Source of the DNA: an uncultured Nitrososphaeraceae archaeon
GTDB lineage: Archaea; Thermoproteota; Nitrososphaeria; Nitrososphaerales; Nitrososphaeraceae
Reading direction: 5' to 3'
Assembly: GCA_963837175.1 (NCBI GenBank)
Contig: CAWIMJ010000046.1
Coordinates: 1-64,000 of the forward strand
DNA: 64,000 nucleotides
The position numbers and the translations under genes are program-made. The notes under the pieces were generated by a model that saw only the letters and a program-made list of their open reading frames with translations, was not told the origin of the DNA and did no database searches. The stretch's first letter is position 1. Every line of letters begins with the position of its first letter. Below, in pieces: positions 10,755-21,409 of this stretch.

Positions 10755-11903
10755 GTGAGAAACCTTCTAATAAGGAGTGTCGTAAATCGAGTGATAATAA
10801 ACTCCAACCCAGGCAATAGAAATGATCAAAAAATAGTAATAGCGAATGCTTGCTCACATGGTGGACTATATTCTGTCAATCCTAACTTGGTAAAGATTGA
10901 TTTCAGCTCGAATGTTAACCCCCTCGGGATCTCTAAAAAAGTTATGTATTCATTGCAACAAAATGCAGGACTCATTTCTTCAACGTATCCTGATCCAGAA
11001 TGTACGGATTTACGAAAAAATCTATGTAATTATCTCGATAAGGATTTGGACCCGGAGTGGATTACTGTAGGAAATGGAGCGACAGAAATTATTCATAACT
11101 TTGCTCGGACATTCGTACGAAATAAAGTAGTTATTCCTGCTCCAACTTTCTGTGAGTATGAACTTGCATCAAAGCGAATGGGTGCTAATATTTTATTCGT
11201 TCCGTTAAGGGATTTAACTTTAGATACCAAAGTTATTATCGAAAACGTAAAAAATTCTGATGCCGTATTTCTATGCAATCCTAATAATCCTACTGGATTA
11301 CTTTCTACGAAATCTATTAAAAAAATAATAAGATGCATAGATAGCTCTACTAAGATTCTAATTGACGAATGTTTTATTGAATTAGTTGATGATGACAATG
11401 ATCAATCTGCTATAATTGATAAAATCAAAGAGTTTGATAATCTTATAATTTTGCGTTCTCTGACAAAATCCTTTGGTCTAGCTGGCTTAAGAGTTGGTTA
11501 CAGTATATGCAATCCGAAACTTGCTAGACAGTTGTCTGCCAATAAAATACCATGGAATGTAAATGGAATGGCACAAATAGCTGGCATTGTTGCTTTGCAA
11601 GATGTAAGGCATCTGATAAAGGCAAGGATAATGATCAAAAAAGAGCGCAGATTTATGTACGACGAAATAAAAAGAAAAATGCACTCTTTTGTTCCTTGTC
11701 ATTCCGACGTAAACTATTTTTTGATCCACTCAAAAGAAAACTCTGCAAGAATAAGGGATTCAATCTTGATTAAAAGTGGAATCCTTGTCAGAGATTGCAG
11801 TACTTTTACAGGTATGGAGAAAGCTGAATATATTCGTGTGGCAATAAAAACACATAAAGAAAATCTACTACTAATAGAGACACTGGAGTCAATAGATAGA
11901 TGA
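10755..11903 (+). CDS. cobD: L-threonine-O-3-phosphate decarboxylase (class I PLP); true start may be slightly downstream
   Basis: HGG, DFSSNVNPLG, CNPNNPTG, DECF, RSLTKSFGLAGLRVGY; first gene of cob cluster. Confidence 0.85.
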   Translation: MRNLLIRSVVNRVIINSNPGNRNDQKIVIANACSHGGLYSVNPNLVKIDFSSNVNPLGISKKVMYSLQQNAGLISSTYPDPECTDLRKNLCNYLDKDLDPEWITVGNGATEIIHNFARTFVRNKVVIPAPTFCEYELASKRMGANILFVPLRDLTLDTKVIIENVKNSDAVFLCNPNNPTGLLSTKSIKKIIRCIDSSTKILIDECFIELVDDDNDQSAIIDKIKEFDNLIILRSLTKSFGLAGLRVGYSICNPKLARQLSANKIPWNVNGMAQIAGIVALQDVRHLIKARIMIKKERRFMYDEIKRKMHSFVPCHSDVNYFLIHSKENSARIRDSILIKSGILVRDCSTFTGMEKAEYIRVAIKTHKENLLLIETLESIDR

Positions 11904-12760
11904 ATGCAAAACTGCTGATGATTCAGGGCACATCATCTGGCTCAGGTAAAAGCATCATTGTTACTGCACTTTGTAGGATTTTTTCCAACAAGGGGTATCG
12001 TGTAGCTCCATTCAAAGCTCAAAACATGTCTTCATATAGCTACATAGTTTCTAGACCATTGCATAGGATAGCCTTAGCACAGGCAATCCAAGCAGTTGCT
12101 TCAAGAAAGGAACCAGATGTCAGAATGAATCCCATCCTATTAAAACCACTTGGAAATTATCGAAGTAGCATTATTCTCAATGGAAAGTTTTACTCTGAAA
12201 TGCATGCAAAAGAATACTACAAAACATTCGTTTTGCAAAAAGGTTTTCCTGTTGTTTTAAATTCTTTAGAGAAATTAAGGAAAGAAAATGACATTATTAT
12301 AATAGAAGGTGCGGGATCACCTGCAGAAATCAATATTTCCAGGTACGACGTGGCAAATATGTTACTTGCAGAGAAAATCCATGCGCCAGTAATTATTACT
12401 TCAGATATTGAGAGGGGAGGTTGTTTTGCCAGTATGATTGGTACCTTGAAATTGTTAAAGCCGCACCATAGAGCTTTGGTTGAAGGATTTTTAATAAACA
12501 AATTTCTCGGTGATCAATCGCTTTTAGATAAGGCAATAAAGTTTGTTGAAAAAAAAACCAGGAAAAAAGTGCTAGGGGTAATACCGAAAGTCCATTTTGA
12601 TTTACCAAAAGAAGATTCGCTTGATGGGAGTACTTTTACCAATTCTAAATTACCTAGGGAATCATGGGATCGGCAAATTGACATTATTGCAAAGTCGGTA
12701 AAAAATAATACCGATATACAAAAAATAATTATGGATATTGCAGGACTGAAGAAAATATGA
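11900..12760 (+). CDS. cbiP: Cobyric acid synthase, synthetase domain only
   Basis: MIQGTSSGSGKS, PFKAQNMS, MNPILLKP, EGAGSPAEIN, DIERGG, EDS; no glutaminase domain. Confidence 0.9.
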   Translation: MNAKLLMIQGTSSGSGKSIIVTALCRIFSNKGYRVAPFKAQNMSSYSYIVSRPLHRIALAQAIQAVASRKEPDVRMNPILLKPLGNYRSSIILNGKFYSEMHAKEYYKTFVLQKGFPVVLNSLEKLRKENDIIIIEGAGSPAEINISRYDVANMLLAEKIHAPVIITSDIERGGCFASMIGTLKLLKPHHRALVEGFLINKFLGDQSLLDKAIKFVEKKTRKKVLGVIPKVHFDLPKEDSLDGSTFTNSKLPRESWDRQIDIIAKSVKNNTDIQKIIMDIAGLKKI

Positions 12761-13743
12761 TCGGCGAATACCTGCTCTTTTCTCTTGCCGGAGCTATTGT
12801 TATGGACCTTTTCTTTGGAGAGCCTTCTAACAGTCTTCATCCAGTAGCATGGATTGGAAAACTCATTGAATTCTTTATTCCAAAGTTGAAGGAGCACGAC
12901 GATAATTCTACAAAAAGAGAAAAAGAAAGAGAAAACGGAACCATTTTTTCAATTTCCTTGATTATTACATTTGGTCTTGCAATTCACTTTCTGACCTTTA
13001 TAAGCTTCCACTTGCTGGGCTCTGTTGCCATGATAATTGTGTCAGCTTTAATTTTGAAGATTACTATTGCAATAAGAAGCATGGAGGACTATGCTGAGGC
13101 AGTTATAAATGCATTGGAAAGACATGACATGCATGACGCTCGCCATAATTTATCAATGATAGTAAGACGGGAGACAAAAAACCTAGATGAACAACATGTG
13201 CTTTCTGGAACTATAGAGTGTATTAGTGAGAGTACAGTTGATGGAATAGTTTCGCCTTTGTTTTATTATTCTTTTTTTGGCCCTGCAGGGGCGTTCATTT
13301 ATAGGGTGATAAATACTCTCGATTCGATGGTGGGTTATTCTGATAATTATTATAAGGATATTGGATGTATGTCTGCAAGGCTAGATACTTTTGCTAACTA
13401 TCTTCCTGCAAGGATCACTGCATTGTTGATGGTGATGTCTGCAAATATAATTAGAGCAGATTGGAAGAACTCGATGCAAATCTTGCAACGTGATCACGAT
13501 AAAACTCTTAGCTCTAATGCAGGATATCCCATGGCTACCATGGCAGGTGCTCTGCGAATAAAGCTTGAAAAAATCGGACATTATTCCTTAGGAGATGGAT
13601 ATGAAGATATAACTATTGAAAAATGTCTAACTGCAATTTCCATAATGAAAATGACAACAATTCTATTTTGTATAATCTTCTGCGTTCCCTTAATTATTTT
13701 GTTAAATTTGAGTGGATGGTGGATTTTATTATTTGGTTTTTAG
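12757..13743 (+). CDS. cbiB: Adenosylcobinamide-phosphate synthase
   Basis: GEP...HPVAWIG, ESTVDGIVSPLFY, YRVINTLDSMVGY, NAGYPMATMAGAL. Confidence 0.93.
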   Translation: MIGEYLLFSLAGAIVMDLFFGEPSNSLHPVAWIGKLIEFFIPKLKEHDDNSTKREKERENGTIFSISLIITFGLAIHFLTFISFHLLGSVAMIIVSALILKITIAIRSMEDYAEAVINALERHDMHDARHNLSMIVRRETKNLDEQHVLSGTIECISESTVDGIVSPLFYYSFFGPAGAFIYRVINTLDSMVGYSDNYYKDIGCMSARLDTFANYLPARITALLMVMSANIIRADWKNSMQILQRDHDKTLSSNAGYPMATMAGALRIKLEKIGHYSLGDGYEDITIEKCLTAISIMKMTTILFCIIFCVPLIILLNLSGWWILLFGF

Positions 13744-14482
13744 ATCGATACAGGCAATCATTTCATTTCTCACTATACTACCTATAACCAAGTCTTCATG
13801 TAATGATATTTATTATATTGCAAGGAATATGTATCTTTTCCCGCTCGCTGGAGCGATGATCGGTCTTTTAGTAGGTATCCTAGCCTATGGGATTTCCTAT
13901 TATATTCAATCTTTATTTACTGGTTTGATAGTTACAGGCGCCATAATAATAATTACCGGCTTCCATCATATCGACGCTCTAGCTGATTTTGCGGATGGTC
14001 TGATGGCCAAAGGCGGAAAAGAGAATAAATACAAGGCAATGCGAGATCCTGCTGTCGGTTCGGCTGGAGTTGCGGCACTTGTTCTTTATATAGCAGGTAT
14101 GATTATTGCAATATCAAACCTATCATACGGATGGAAAATACTTACCAGCATCATTACAGCTGAAGTAATTGCGAAATATATCATGGTTTTGCAAGCACAT
14201 TTGGGATTATCTGCATGGGATGGATTTAGCTCTCCATTTACTTCTGCTATGAAAGATAAGCGCAAATTATTGGCTGCGACAGGAATCATGTTCCCAATTG
14301 TATGGTTTATGAGTGGGATATATGCCGGACTTATTTCATTAGGTATTTCTTTTGGAATAGCTGCGATCATCCATTTTATATCATACAGAAGCTTTGGTGG
14401 TATCAGCGGAGATGTGATTGGTTCATCCAATGAGATTACACGACTTTCTTGTCTTATTGTATTATCTTTATTGACGATATGA
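13712..14482 (+). CDS. cobS: Cobalamin-5'-phosphate synthase
   Basis: FLTILP, TGFHHIDALADFADG, MRDPAVGSAG, FGGISGDVIG. Confidence 0.93.
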   Translation: MDGGFYYLVFRSIQAIISFLTILPITKSSCNDIYYIARNMYLFPLAGAMIGLLVGILAYGISYYIQSLFTGLIVTGAIIIITGFHHIDALADFADGLMAKGGKENKYKAMRDPAVGSAGVAALVLYIAGMIIAISNLSYGWKILTSIITAEVIAKYIMVLQAHLGLSAWDGFSSPFTSAMKDKRKLLAATGIMFPIVWFMSGIYAGLISLGISFGIAAIIHFISYRSFGGISGDVIGSSNEITRLSCLIVLSLLTI

Positions 14483-15118
14483 ATGGTTCATCATAATATG
14501 ATAGCCCTGGTCATGTGCGGAGGGAAAGGAATCCGTCTTCGACAAGTTGGCGGACTTGAAAAGCCGCTATTAGATTTAAAGGGAAAGGCTATGATCGAAT
14601 ATGTTCTTGATGCACTTATACGTTCTCAAAAATTTCGAAGAATAGTTGCGGTATCAAGCCCATTTTCTTTAAAAACCACCACTTTTCTTTACCATCATTC
14701 GTACTATTCTAATGGGCTAATAGATGTAATTGAGACTGAAGGAAATAGTTACTCAATAGACCTTTCTTTCGTCCTAAACATGATAAAACCAGACAGAGTT
14801 TTAACAGTATCTGCTGACCTTCCTTTATTGAGCTCATATATAATAGATCAGATTATGATTTATAATATTCCTAGATTTTCGTGTGCTTCTATTATACTAG
14901 AAAAACACTTTGTCGAAAATATAGGGATCACGCCAAGCATAGTCTTTAAAATTGGAGCACATCAATACTGCCATTCTGGTATAATAATCTTCAATTCTCC
15001 AAGGGTGAAAGAGTATCAGAAGATAAAGGAGTATTTTATTCTAATGAACAAAAAAGAAATTGCGGTAAATGTTAATACGCTCAGAGAACTTCAGATTGCA
15101 GAAAGACTGCTACCCTAG
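14483..15118 (+). CDS. cobY: GTP:adenosylcobinamide-phosphate guanylyltransferase
   Basis: MCGGKGIRL....EKPL, SADLPLL, NVNT..EL; follows cobS. Confidence 0.85.
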   Translation: MVHHNMIALVMCGGKGIRLRQVGGLEKPLLDLKGKAMIEYVLDALIRSQKFRRIVAVSSPFSLKTTTFLYHHSYYSNGLIDVIETEGNSYSIDLSFVLNMIKPDRVLTVSADLPLLSSYIIDQIMIYNIPRFSCASIILEKHFVENIGITPSIVFKIGAHQYCHSGIIIFNSPRVKEYQKIKEYFILMNKKEIAVNVNTLRELQIAERLLP

Positions 15119-15316
15119 TTAATCGAGAGTATTTATAATTTTACCAAGAATATTTGCTCTAGCTCCTGTCTTCTTGGCAATAAGTTCACCACAAGATTTG
15201 CAAAAAAGATCCATTGTGGTATGACTAAAGATGACCTTCTGTTCTTCGCATCGTACGCATTGAACAGACAGGAAATTACTCCGTGGTTTTGGAATCATAA
15301 TATTATCTCTACGCAT
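15119..15316 (-). CDS. rps27e: 30S ribosomal protein S27e
   Basis: IPKPRSNFLSVQCVRC...IFSH....CKSCG..IAKKTG. Confidence 0.95.
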   Translation of the reverse strand: MRRDNIMIPKPRSNFLSVQCVRCEEQKVIFSHTTMDLFCKSCGELIAKKTGARANILGKIINTLD

Positions 15317-15334
15317 TGTTGTGACCTGACCTGA

Positions 15335-15619
15335 TTAGGGTTGTATCTCCAATTTATGCATTCTCATACCTTCTTTCATGGTTTCTCTCTTGCAAGTTCT
15401 GCAACTATACCGTAATGTAATTTTTTTTGAAGTTTTGGCTGTCCTCTTTAGTTCAGGAAACTTTTGACCGCCATAACCTTTTTTATCTTCTGCGTGTCTG
15501 CGGGTCCCTTCTGCAGCCTTTCTGTCCCTTCCCTTCTTGTAAATACTTACAGATTGAACAGTATGAGTTTTACATTTTGGACAAAACTTACGCAATTCCT
15601 TCTGCATCCGCATATTCAC
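15335..15619 (-). CDS. rpl44e: 50S ribosomal protein L44e
   Basis: FCPKCKTHT, GYGGQKFP, AKTSKK..LRYSCRTC. Confidence 0.95.
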   Translation of the reverse strand: MNMRMQKELRKFCPKCKTHTVQSVSIYKKGRDRKAAEGTRRHAEDKKGYGGQKFPELKRTAKTSKKITLRYSCRTCKRETMKEGMRMHKLEIQP

Positions 15620-15863
15620 AAGATATAATATTACGCTAATTTAAGGACATCGCTACTTATAACAGTCTCGATCGCCTATGATAAGCATGGCAATTTCATG
15701 TGTATAAAAGGTAAATCAATTAAATAGACAATAGTCTTGTAAAGACAGATTAATTCTACTCTAATTCATATAACCTATTCTCCTAGTTCTCAGATTTTGT
15801 TTAAACTTCTGTTATTTATAATTAAAATTTATATTCACCCTTATCGTTTGCATAATAGGGAAT

Positions 15864-16001
15864 ATGGAACTGTTTAGTAGTTTGATACAACAGATGGTGC
15901 CTGCAAATATCAATAGCTTTGGAGTATGGATACCCTTGACATTCGGTTTAGCCGTAGGCCTGGCGTATGTCATCGCTTCAGCTGCACGACGACGTAAATG
16001 A
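15864..16001 (+). CDS. 45-aa single-TM microprotein (not in ORF track)
   Basis: Hand translation MELFSSLIQQMVPANINSFGVWIPLTFGLAVGLAYVIASAARRRK*; upstream TTTATA box, GC higher than flanks, T-tract after stop. Confidence 0.7.
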   Translation: MELFSSLIQQMVPANINSFGVWIPLTFGLAVGLAYVIASAARRRK

Positions 16002-16469
16002 AAATTAGATACCCATTCTTTTCTTTTTGTTAATTAATATTCTAAAACGATATAGTTGAATTATTTTAACAAACTCTTTATGTATTTGAGAATTATGTAG
16101 TAAACAAGGTATTTATTGTATAATTATAACAAAAAAGTCTTTCTTCGTTATTAATATTTCTGAATATAATTTCAAGACCATCGAAGAAATACTTTCTGTA
16201 GAAGCGAGGATCTAATAATTTGTTTAATATACACTTTTTCGCTATAACATCTACCAGCCCGCGTCTTCTCTATGCGAGAGATCATTTCCTTTATAATACT
16301 CTGTTTATACTCACAGAAAAGAGTTGTACAGAAGAATAGCTTATTTTGTCAGGCAAACAAAAAATGGGAAGAATAGATGAGATAAATAAAATGCACTAAT
16401 AATGTTAGATTTAACGCTTTATATATAAATCCCTAAAAATCTAAAAACAACCTTTCGCTATTATATTAT

Positions 16470-16892
16470 GTGATATATATGAGTTGTATAGTCAATGTCG
16501 GCGCTACTAAGGAAAGAAAGATTAAGGTTAGTTCAAATCAAACAACAAGCTTCCTCTGGGAAGGTGAAAATGTCTTCTCGACACCTGCGATGATATCGGA
16601 GATGGAAGAAACTTGTAGATTACTGCTAAAAGAAAAGTCTATTCCTGACGCAGAATGGGATTCCGTGGGAACCGCCGTTAATATCAAACATTTAGCTGCT
16701 ACTCCCACAGGAGCTGAAATTTTAATCAAATCTAAGGTGATTTCAATTGATGGTAGAAGAGTTATGTTTGATATCGAAGCATATGACAAAATTGAAAAGA
16801 TCGGGCAGGGGCAGCATGAGAGATTTATAATTAATGTACCTATCTTCAAGAATAAATTCAACGAAAAGATAAAGCAACTAGAAACAGTATAA
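16470..16892 (+). CDS. Hot-dog-fold thioesterase (FlK-like)
   Basis: VFSTPAMI..ME..C, SVGT.V.IKHLAATP.G, G.GQHERFII. Confidence 0.9.
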   Translation: MIYMSCIVNVGATKERKIKVSSNQTTSFLWEGENVFSTPAMISEMEETCRLLLKEKSIPDAEWDSVGTAVNIKHLAATPTGAEILIKSKVISIDGRRVMFDIEAYDKIEKIGQGQHERFIINVPIFKNKFNEKIKQLETV

Positions 16893-16904
16893 TATGATAT
16901 GTGT

Positions 16905-16952
16905 AAAACTATAAAAGAGGCATAAGAAGAACCAGTATATTCTATTAGGTGA
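16905..16952 (+). promoter_or_regulatory. Putative BRE/TATA box and Shine-Dalgarno of thermosome gene
   Basis: AAAAC-TATAAA (TATA at 16910-16915); AGGTGA at 16947-16952, 6 nt before ATG 16959. Confidence 0.55.
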
Positions 16953-16958
16953 TAAAGA

Positions 16959-18653
16959 ATGGCCTCAATTCAAACTACTGCTGGCGGAATGCCAGTAATA
17001 ATATTAAAGGAAGGAAGTAAAGAAAACAAGGGAAAGGAAGCTCAAAGAAACAATATTACTGCTGCAAAGCTTATCGCGGAGATAGTAAAAACTAGCTTGG
17101 GCCCACGTGGCATGGATAAGATGCTTGTTGACACATTGGGCGATGTTACAATTACAAATGACGGTGCAACAATATTAAAAGAAATTGATGTTCAACACCC
17201 AGCAGCCAAAATGATGGTGGAAGTTTCTAAATCTGTCGATAATGAAGTCGGCGACGGAACAACATCTTCGGTTGTGCTTGCAGGTGCTTTACTGGAAAAA
17301 GCAGAAGAATTGCTAAACAAAGATGTACATCCTTCAGTAATCGTAGATGGTTATACAGCTGCGTCTGAACAAGCTTTGAAGTTACTGCAAAAGATCGGGA
17401 TCAAAGTAGACGTCAATGATAAGGAACTTTTGATAAAAATTGCGAGAACCAGTATGGATTCAAAATTAGTTTCTGATGACAGCCCAATTTTAGCTCAAAT
17501 TGTTGTTGATGCAACAAAATTGGTAGCTGAAAAGAATGAAGGCAACGATGGATTGAAAGTAGATCTAGATAATATAAAGGTTGAAAAGAAAGCAGGCGGG
17601 TCTATGCGTGATACTGCATTGATTAAAGGTATTGTTCTCGACAAGGAAGTAGTCCATGCAGGTATGCCAAAGAGAATCGAAGGTGCCAAGATAGCATTGC
17701 TTAATTCTGCTCTTGAAATTGAGAAAACTGAAATGAGCGCTGAAATTCGCATTAATGATCCACAGCAGATGCAAATGTTCCTCGATGAAGAGAATAGAAT
17801 GCTCAAACTCATGGTTGACAAGATACTGGCTGCAGGTGCTAACATTGTACTATGTCAGAAGGGTATTGACGATATTGCACAACACTATCTTTCAAAGGCA
17901 GATATTCTTGCAGTACGGCGCATAAAAGAAAGTGACATGTTCAAATTATCAAAGGCAACTGGTGCCAGAATAGTAAATAATATAGATGATCTCATAAGCA
18001 AGGATCTTGGCTTTGCAGATGTTGTAGAAGAACGGAAGGTTGAAACAGATAAGTGGGTATTTATAGAAGGATGTAAGAATCCGAAAGCAGTAACAATCCT
18101 TGTAAGAGGTGGATCACAGAGAGTCGTCGATGAGGCTGATCGCTCTATACATGACGCTTTAATGGTAACAAAAGATGTTCTTGAAAAACCCATAATAGTT
18201 GCTGGCGGTGGTGCTCCAGAAGCATATATCGCAAATGAATTAAGACAGTGGTCGAGCAGCTTAGAAGGACGGGCTCAACTTGCAGTTAATAAATTCGCTG
18301 ACGCAATTGATTCCATTCCTCTGGCCCTTTCAGAAAATGCTGGTATGGATCCAATCGATACCATGACTGAATTAAGAGCAAAACAAAGTAAGGGAGCTAA
18401 ATGGACTGGAATTAATGTAAGAAACACTGTAGTTGCAGATATGTTTAAACAAAATGTGCTAGAACCAGTTACAGTCAAGGAACAAATTCTTAAATCTTCT
18501 ACTGAAGCAGCCTGTATGATACTGAGAATCGATGATGTGATCTCGTCAGGTAAAACTAGAGCACCCGCTGCTCCACCTGGTGGTATGGGCGGTATGGGCG
18601 GTATGGGCGGTATGGGCGGTATGGGCGGTATGGGCGGTATGGATATGGAATAA
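16959..18653 (+). CDS. ths: Thermosome (group II chaperonin) subunit
   Basis: [38 protein letters not shown]; GGM tail. Confidence 0.97.
   Translation: MASIQTTAGGMPVIILKEGSKENKGKEAQRNNITAAKLIAEIVKTSLGPRGMDKMLVDTLGDVTITNDGATILKEIDVQHPAAKMMVEVSKSVDNEVGDGTTSSVVLAGALLEKAEELLNKDVHPSVIVDGYTAASEQALKLLQKIGIKVDVNDKELLIKIARTSMDSKLVSDDSPILAQIVVDATKLVAEKNEGNDGLKVDLDNIKVEKKAGGSMRDTALIKGIVLDKEVVHAGMPKRIEGAKIALLNSALEIEKTEMSAEIRINDPQQMQMFLDEENRMLKLMVDKILAAGANIVLCQKGIDDIAQHYLSKADILAVRRIKESDMFKLSKATGARIVNNIDDLISKDLGFADVVEERKVETDKWVFIEGCKNPKAVTILVRGGSQRVVDEADRSIHDALMVTKDVLEKPIIVAGGGAPEAYIANELRQWSSSLEGRAQLAVNKFADAIDSIPLALSENAGMDPIDTMTELRAKQSKGAKWTGINVRNTVVADMFKQNVLEPVTVKEQILKSSTEAACMILRIDDVISSGKTRAPAAPPGGMGGMGGMGGMGGMGGMGGMDME
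18579..18641 (+). repeat. 9-bp tandem repeat (GGYGGTATG)x7 encoding (GGM)7
   Basis: ggtggtatg followed by six identical ggcggtatg. Confidence 0.95.
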
Positions 18654-18975
18654 AACCACTTATTTTCTATCTTCATTTTATAAAGTTATAATAGGAGAGA
18701 AATAATCGTAACAACTTTACAAGGTAAAAAAACTTAAAGTTTAGTAAATTGTATGTATTACTCTTGTTTTTAAAAGATGTACATGCTGTTATTAATTAAT
18801 GTGGTTTAGATTATTCAATAAAATAAGAAAGTTTACTATTTGTAAATTTGTATAATTCTTGATAAGTGAATTTCTCATATTCTAAAAAAAATAAATAACA
18901 TAGAATTAAGTTTATTTTGGGTGTTATCAGATTAAATCTCAAATAATAAAAAAGATAGAAAATTATTATTCTTAT

Positions 18976-19986
18976 ATGAATTCTATTGTGGTAATGCATG
19001 ATTTCTTTGTTGACCGCCTAATAAAATTAAACTCAACAAAGCAGTTCTTTGATGCGTTAGCAGACAAAGCAAGATTTGGGGGTGGGAGTGTCCGCGGTAT
19101 TCCAACTGTCGATATGAAAGGAGGAAATGCAGTAAATATTGCATATTGTCTTGCACGTCTAGGTGTAAAGGTTACTCTATTTACTATTGCAGATGACATA
19201 GGCTCTGCTATAATAAGACAAATATTCTTAAAATTTGGAGCTAAATCAGATCTTCGAATAATAAATGGAAAACATGGCTGTACTACATCATTTGAATTTC
19301 GAGATGAAACGAACACAAAAGTGAATGTTATGGTAAGTGACATTGGAGATAACGCAAATTTTGGCCCTGAGCGAATTGATTCTGCTGATGATCTAAAAAT
19401 TTTGAATAATGCTGATGGAGTAATAGTAGTCAACTGGGCTAGTAATTTAAAAGGAACACAACTGATTGAACATGTATTCACTAATTCTCCAAAAGCCCTA
19501 CATTTTTTAGACCCTGCAGACATTGAGACAAGAAAACAAGAATTTTTAGACTCAATCACAAAACTTTCTGATATCATCGACGTTCTTAGTATAAATGAAA
19601 ATGAATGTAATTCTCTTGCCGCAGTAGTTGGAATTGATCCACTTTTCATTGAGCACTATAGCCAGGATAGTGTAAGAAATGCTGCAAAAAAGCTTTCAGA
19701 AAAAATTGGAGTTAGCATCGACTTACACACTAGGATAGGTGCGGCATGGTCGAATGGAAAGGAAACGGAGTTTGTACATGCAATCAAAGTTGAGCCACAG
19801 ACCCTGACTGGTGCTGGCGATTCGTGGGATGCTGCTGATATTATTGGTTATCTAGCAGGATTAGATGCCAAAGAACGATTAATTTATGCAAACGCATGCT
19901 CCTCACTTTACATTAGGAATATGTATGCACAACCGGCTACTATGGCTGAAGTTTCTGAACTATTAGAAAGAATAGGTTATAAATAG
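18976..19986 (+). CDS. PfkB/ribokinase-family carbohydrate kinase
   Basis: GGNAVNIAYCLARLG, INENE, TGAGDSWDA. Confidence 0.92.
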   Translation: MNSIVVMHDFFVDRLIKLNSTKQFFDALADKARFGGGSVRGIPTVDMKGGNAVNIAYCLARLGVKVTLFTIADDIGSAIIRQIFLKFGAKSDLRIINGKHGCTTSFEFRDETNTKVNVMVSDIGDNANFGPERIDSADDLKILNNADGVIVVNWASNLKGTQLIEHVFTNSPKALHFLDPADIETRKQEFLDSITKLSDIIDVLSINENECNSLAAVVGIDPLFIEHYSQDSVRNAAKKLSEKIGVSIDLHTRIGAAWSNGKETEFVHAIKVEPQTLTGAGDSWDAADIIGYLAGLDAKERLIYANACSSLYIRNMYAQPATMAEVSELLERIGYK

Positions 19987-20002
19987 GCACCATTTCCTGT
20001 CT

Positions 20003-20033
20003 GTGGTTATCCCCTATTGGAGAGGATAACCAT
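20003..20033. terminator. Hairpin between convergent pfkB-like and nikR-like genes
   Basis: TGGTTATCC (20004-12) / GGATAACCA (20024-32) perfect 9-bp inverted repeat; function inferred from position only. Confidence 0.4.
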
Positions 20034-20117
20034 AAATCGTAGTGACTATGATCATTTGTCAGATTGAATTTGTATCTTGTATATATTGTCAAGTCTACAA
20101 TTACTAATCATACCTTT

Positions 20118-20501
20118 CTACGTTACTACTAATTTTGTATGATCCATTTTTTTATTGGATTGAAATTTCTTGGTCATTTCTCGAATTTCATTTGCCTCAC
20201 CACTAAGAAGAAAGATCTCTAGACATCTGTCTCTATCTATTTTGCTGTGTAAATGCGTATTGATTAGTTTGTCATAATCATGTCTCATTTCTGACACTTG
20301 ATCATCAGACTTCTCATCATGGATTACCAATAATAACGCATGAATTAGACCTATTAACTCCTGTCTTTCTCTTTCTTCAGCTAACAAATTTCGAATTCCT
20401 GCCCGAACAATTTCTGATCTACCTGAAAAACCAAGAGTATTTTGTAATTTATCTATCTCTTCAAGGATCTCTTTATTGAGTGATATACTTACTATAGTCA
20501 T
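20118..20501 (-). CDS. NikR/CopG ribbon-helix-helix metalloregulator
   Basis: IVSISL..EIL.EID......GFSGRSEIVR, then H.......H.......THLH......CLEI metal-binding domain. Confidence 0.9.
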   Translation of the reverse strand: MTIVSISLNKEILEEIDKLQNTLGFSGRSEIVRAGIRNLLAEERERQELIGLIHALLLVIHDEKSDDQVSEMRHDYDKLINTHLHSKIDRDRCLEIFLLSGEANEIREMTKKFQSNKKMDHTKLVVT

Positions 20502-20572
20502 ATATTATTAAATGTCTGCATATAAATATATATTTATTATTAATATACATATATATTCTTATTATTTACAAT

Positions 20573-21409
20573 ATGTTAGTTTGGATGCCAATAAATCAGC
20601 ATTCACAACAACTATTTTAGCTATGCCAATTTCATTCAGAACACCTACACAAACAAAATCAGTTGTGAAATAGATATTCTGACTATTTTAGATAAAAAGA
20701 GAACATATTTTTTATTCTACATGATTTGTATTTTCATATTAGACAAAAATAAATCAGGATTGTATGCGATCATGATTCATAAGCTTCATTAGGGGAAACA
20801 AGGCGCCTTTGAACTTGAAATGTTCATTGCTATGTTTAGGTGTATTCAATAACGGCAAAAACAGAACATTCTCACGGCTATTTTCTCTTTTGACGAACTT
20901 GACGACCAATTTGACCGGCTAGATGACCAACGTGACGAAATATTTATAATGGATTGCCATAGTTGCTCTAAAGGTAACTATTACTATTACAATGGGAAAC
21001 CAGGGTAATTATATTACTGGGTTAGATACGGTTAAATGCCATGAACAAATATATAAAATGACATTTTATATTGTGACAACTTAGACTATATTGCATTCCA
21101 TAATTCATTCAGCAATTTTTGGGAAAATGCCTAAACTTCAGACATATTATTAAGCTTTAGATTAGAAGATACATTAATAAAAGATTGCAATTAATCAAAA
21201 TAATAGATCGATTGAAAATTGATGCTATGTATTATAATGAGTTGATTCATCATGACTCATCTAATTGTATTGAATACGCCGCTTATAACCAAGTACTTAT
21301 TTTAAGTTCTATAGAGAGCACACATCAGGAAGAAAAAAAAGGTATTAGTTATTTAGAAAAGATAAAGCGCAATGTTGCTATCTTAAAGGTGGATATTAAT
21401 TGCAAATAG
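20573..21409 (+). pseudogene. Decayed ZnuA/TroA-type metal-binding protein
   Basis: Remnants: W-LD.V (~21017), IAFHNSFS (~21090), C-terminal QVLILSSIE..HQEEKKGISYLEKIKRNVAILKVDINCK overlapping ATPase start; many stops. Start approximate. Confidence 0.7.

Noticed and set aside
18275-18676. Antisense (PPI)n ORF; GGM repeat as a novelty
   Set aside because: Mirror of the known chaperonin GGM tail.
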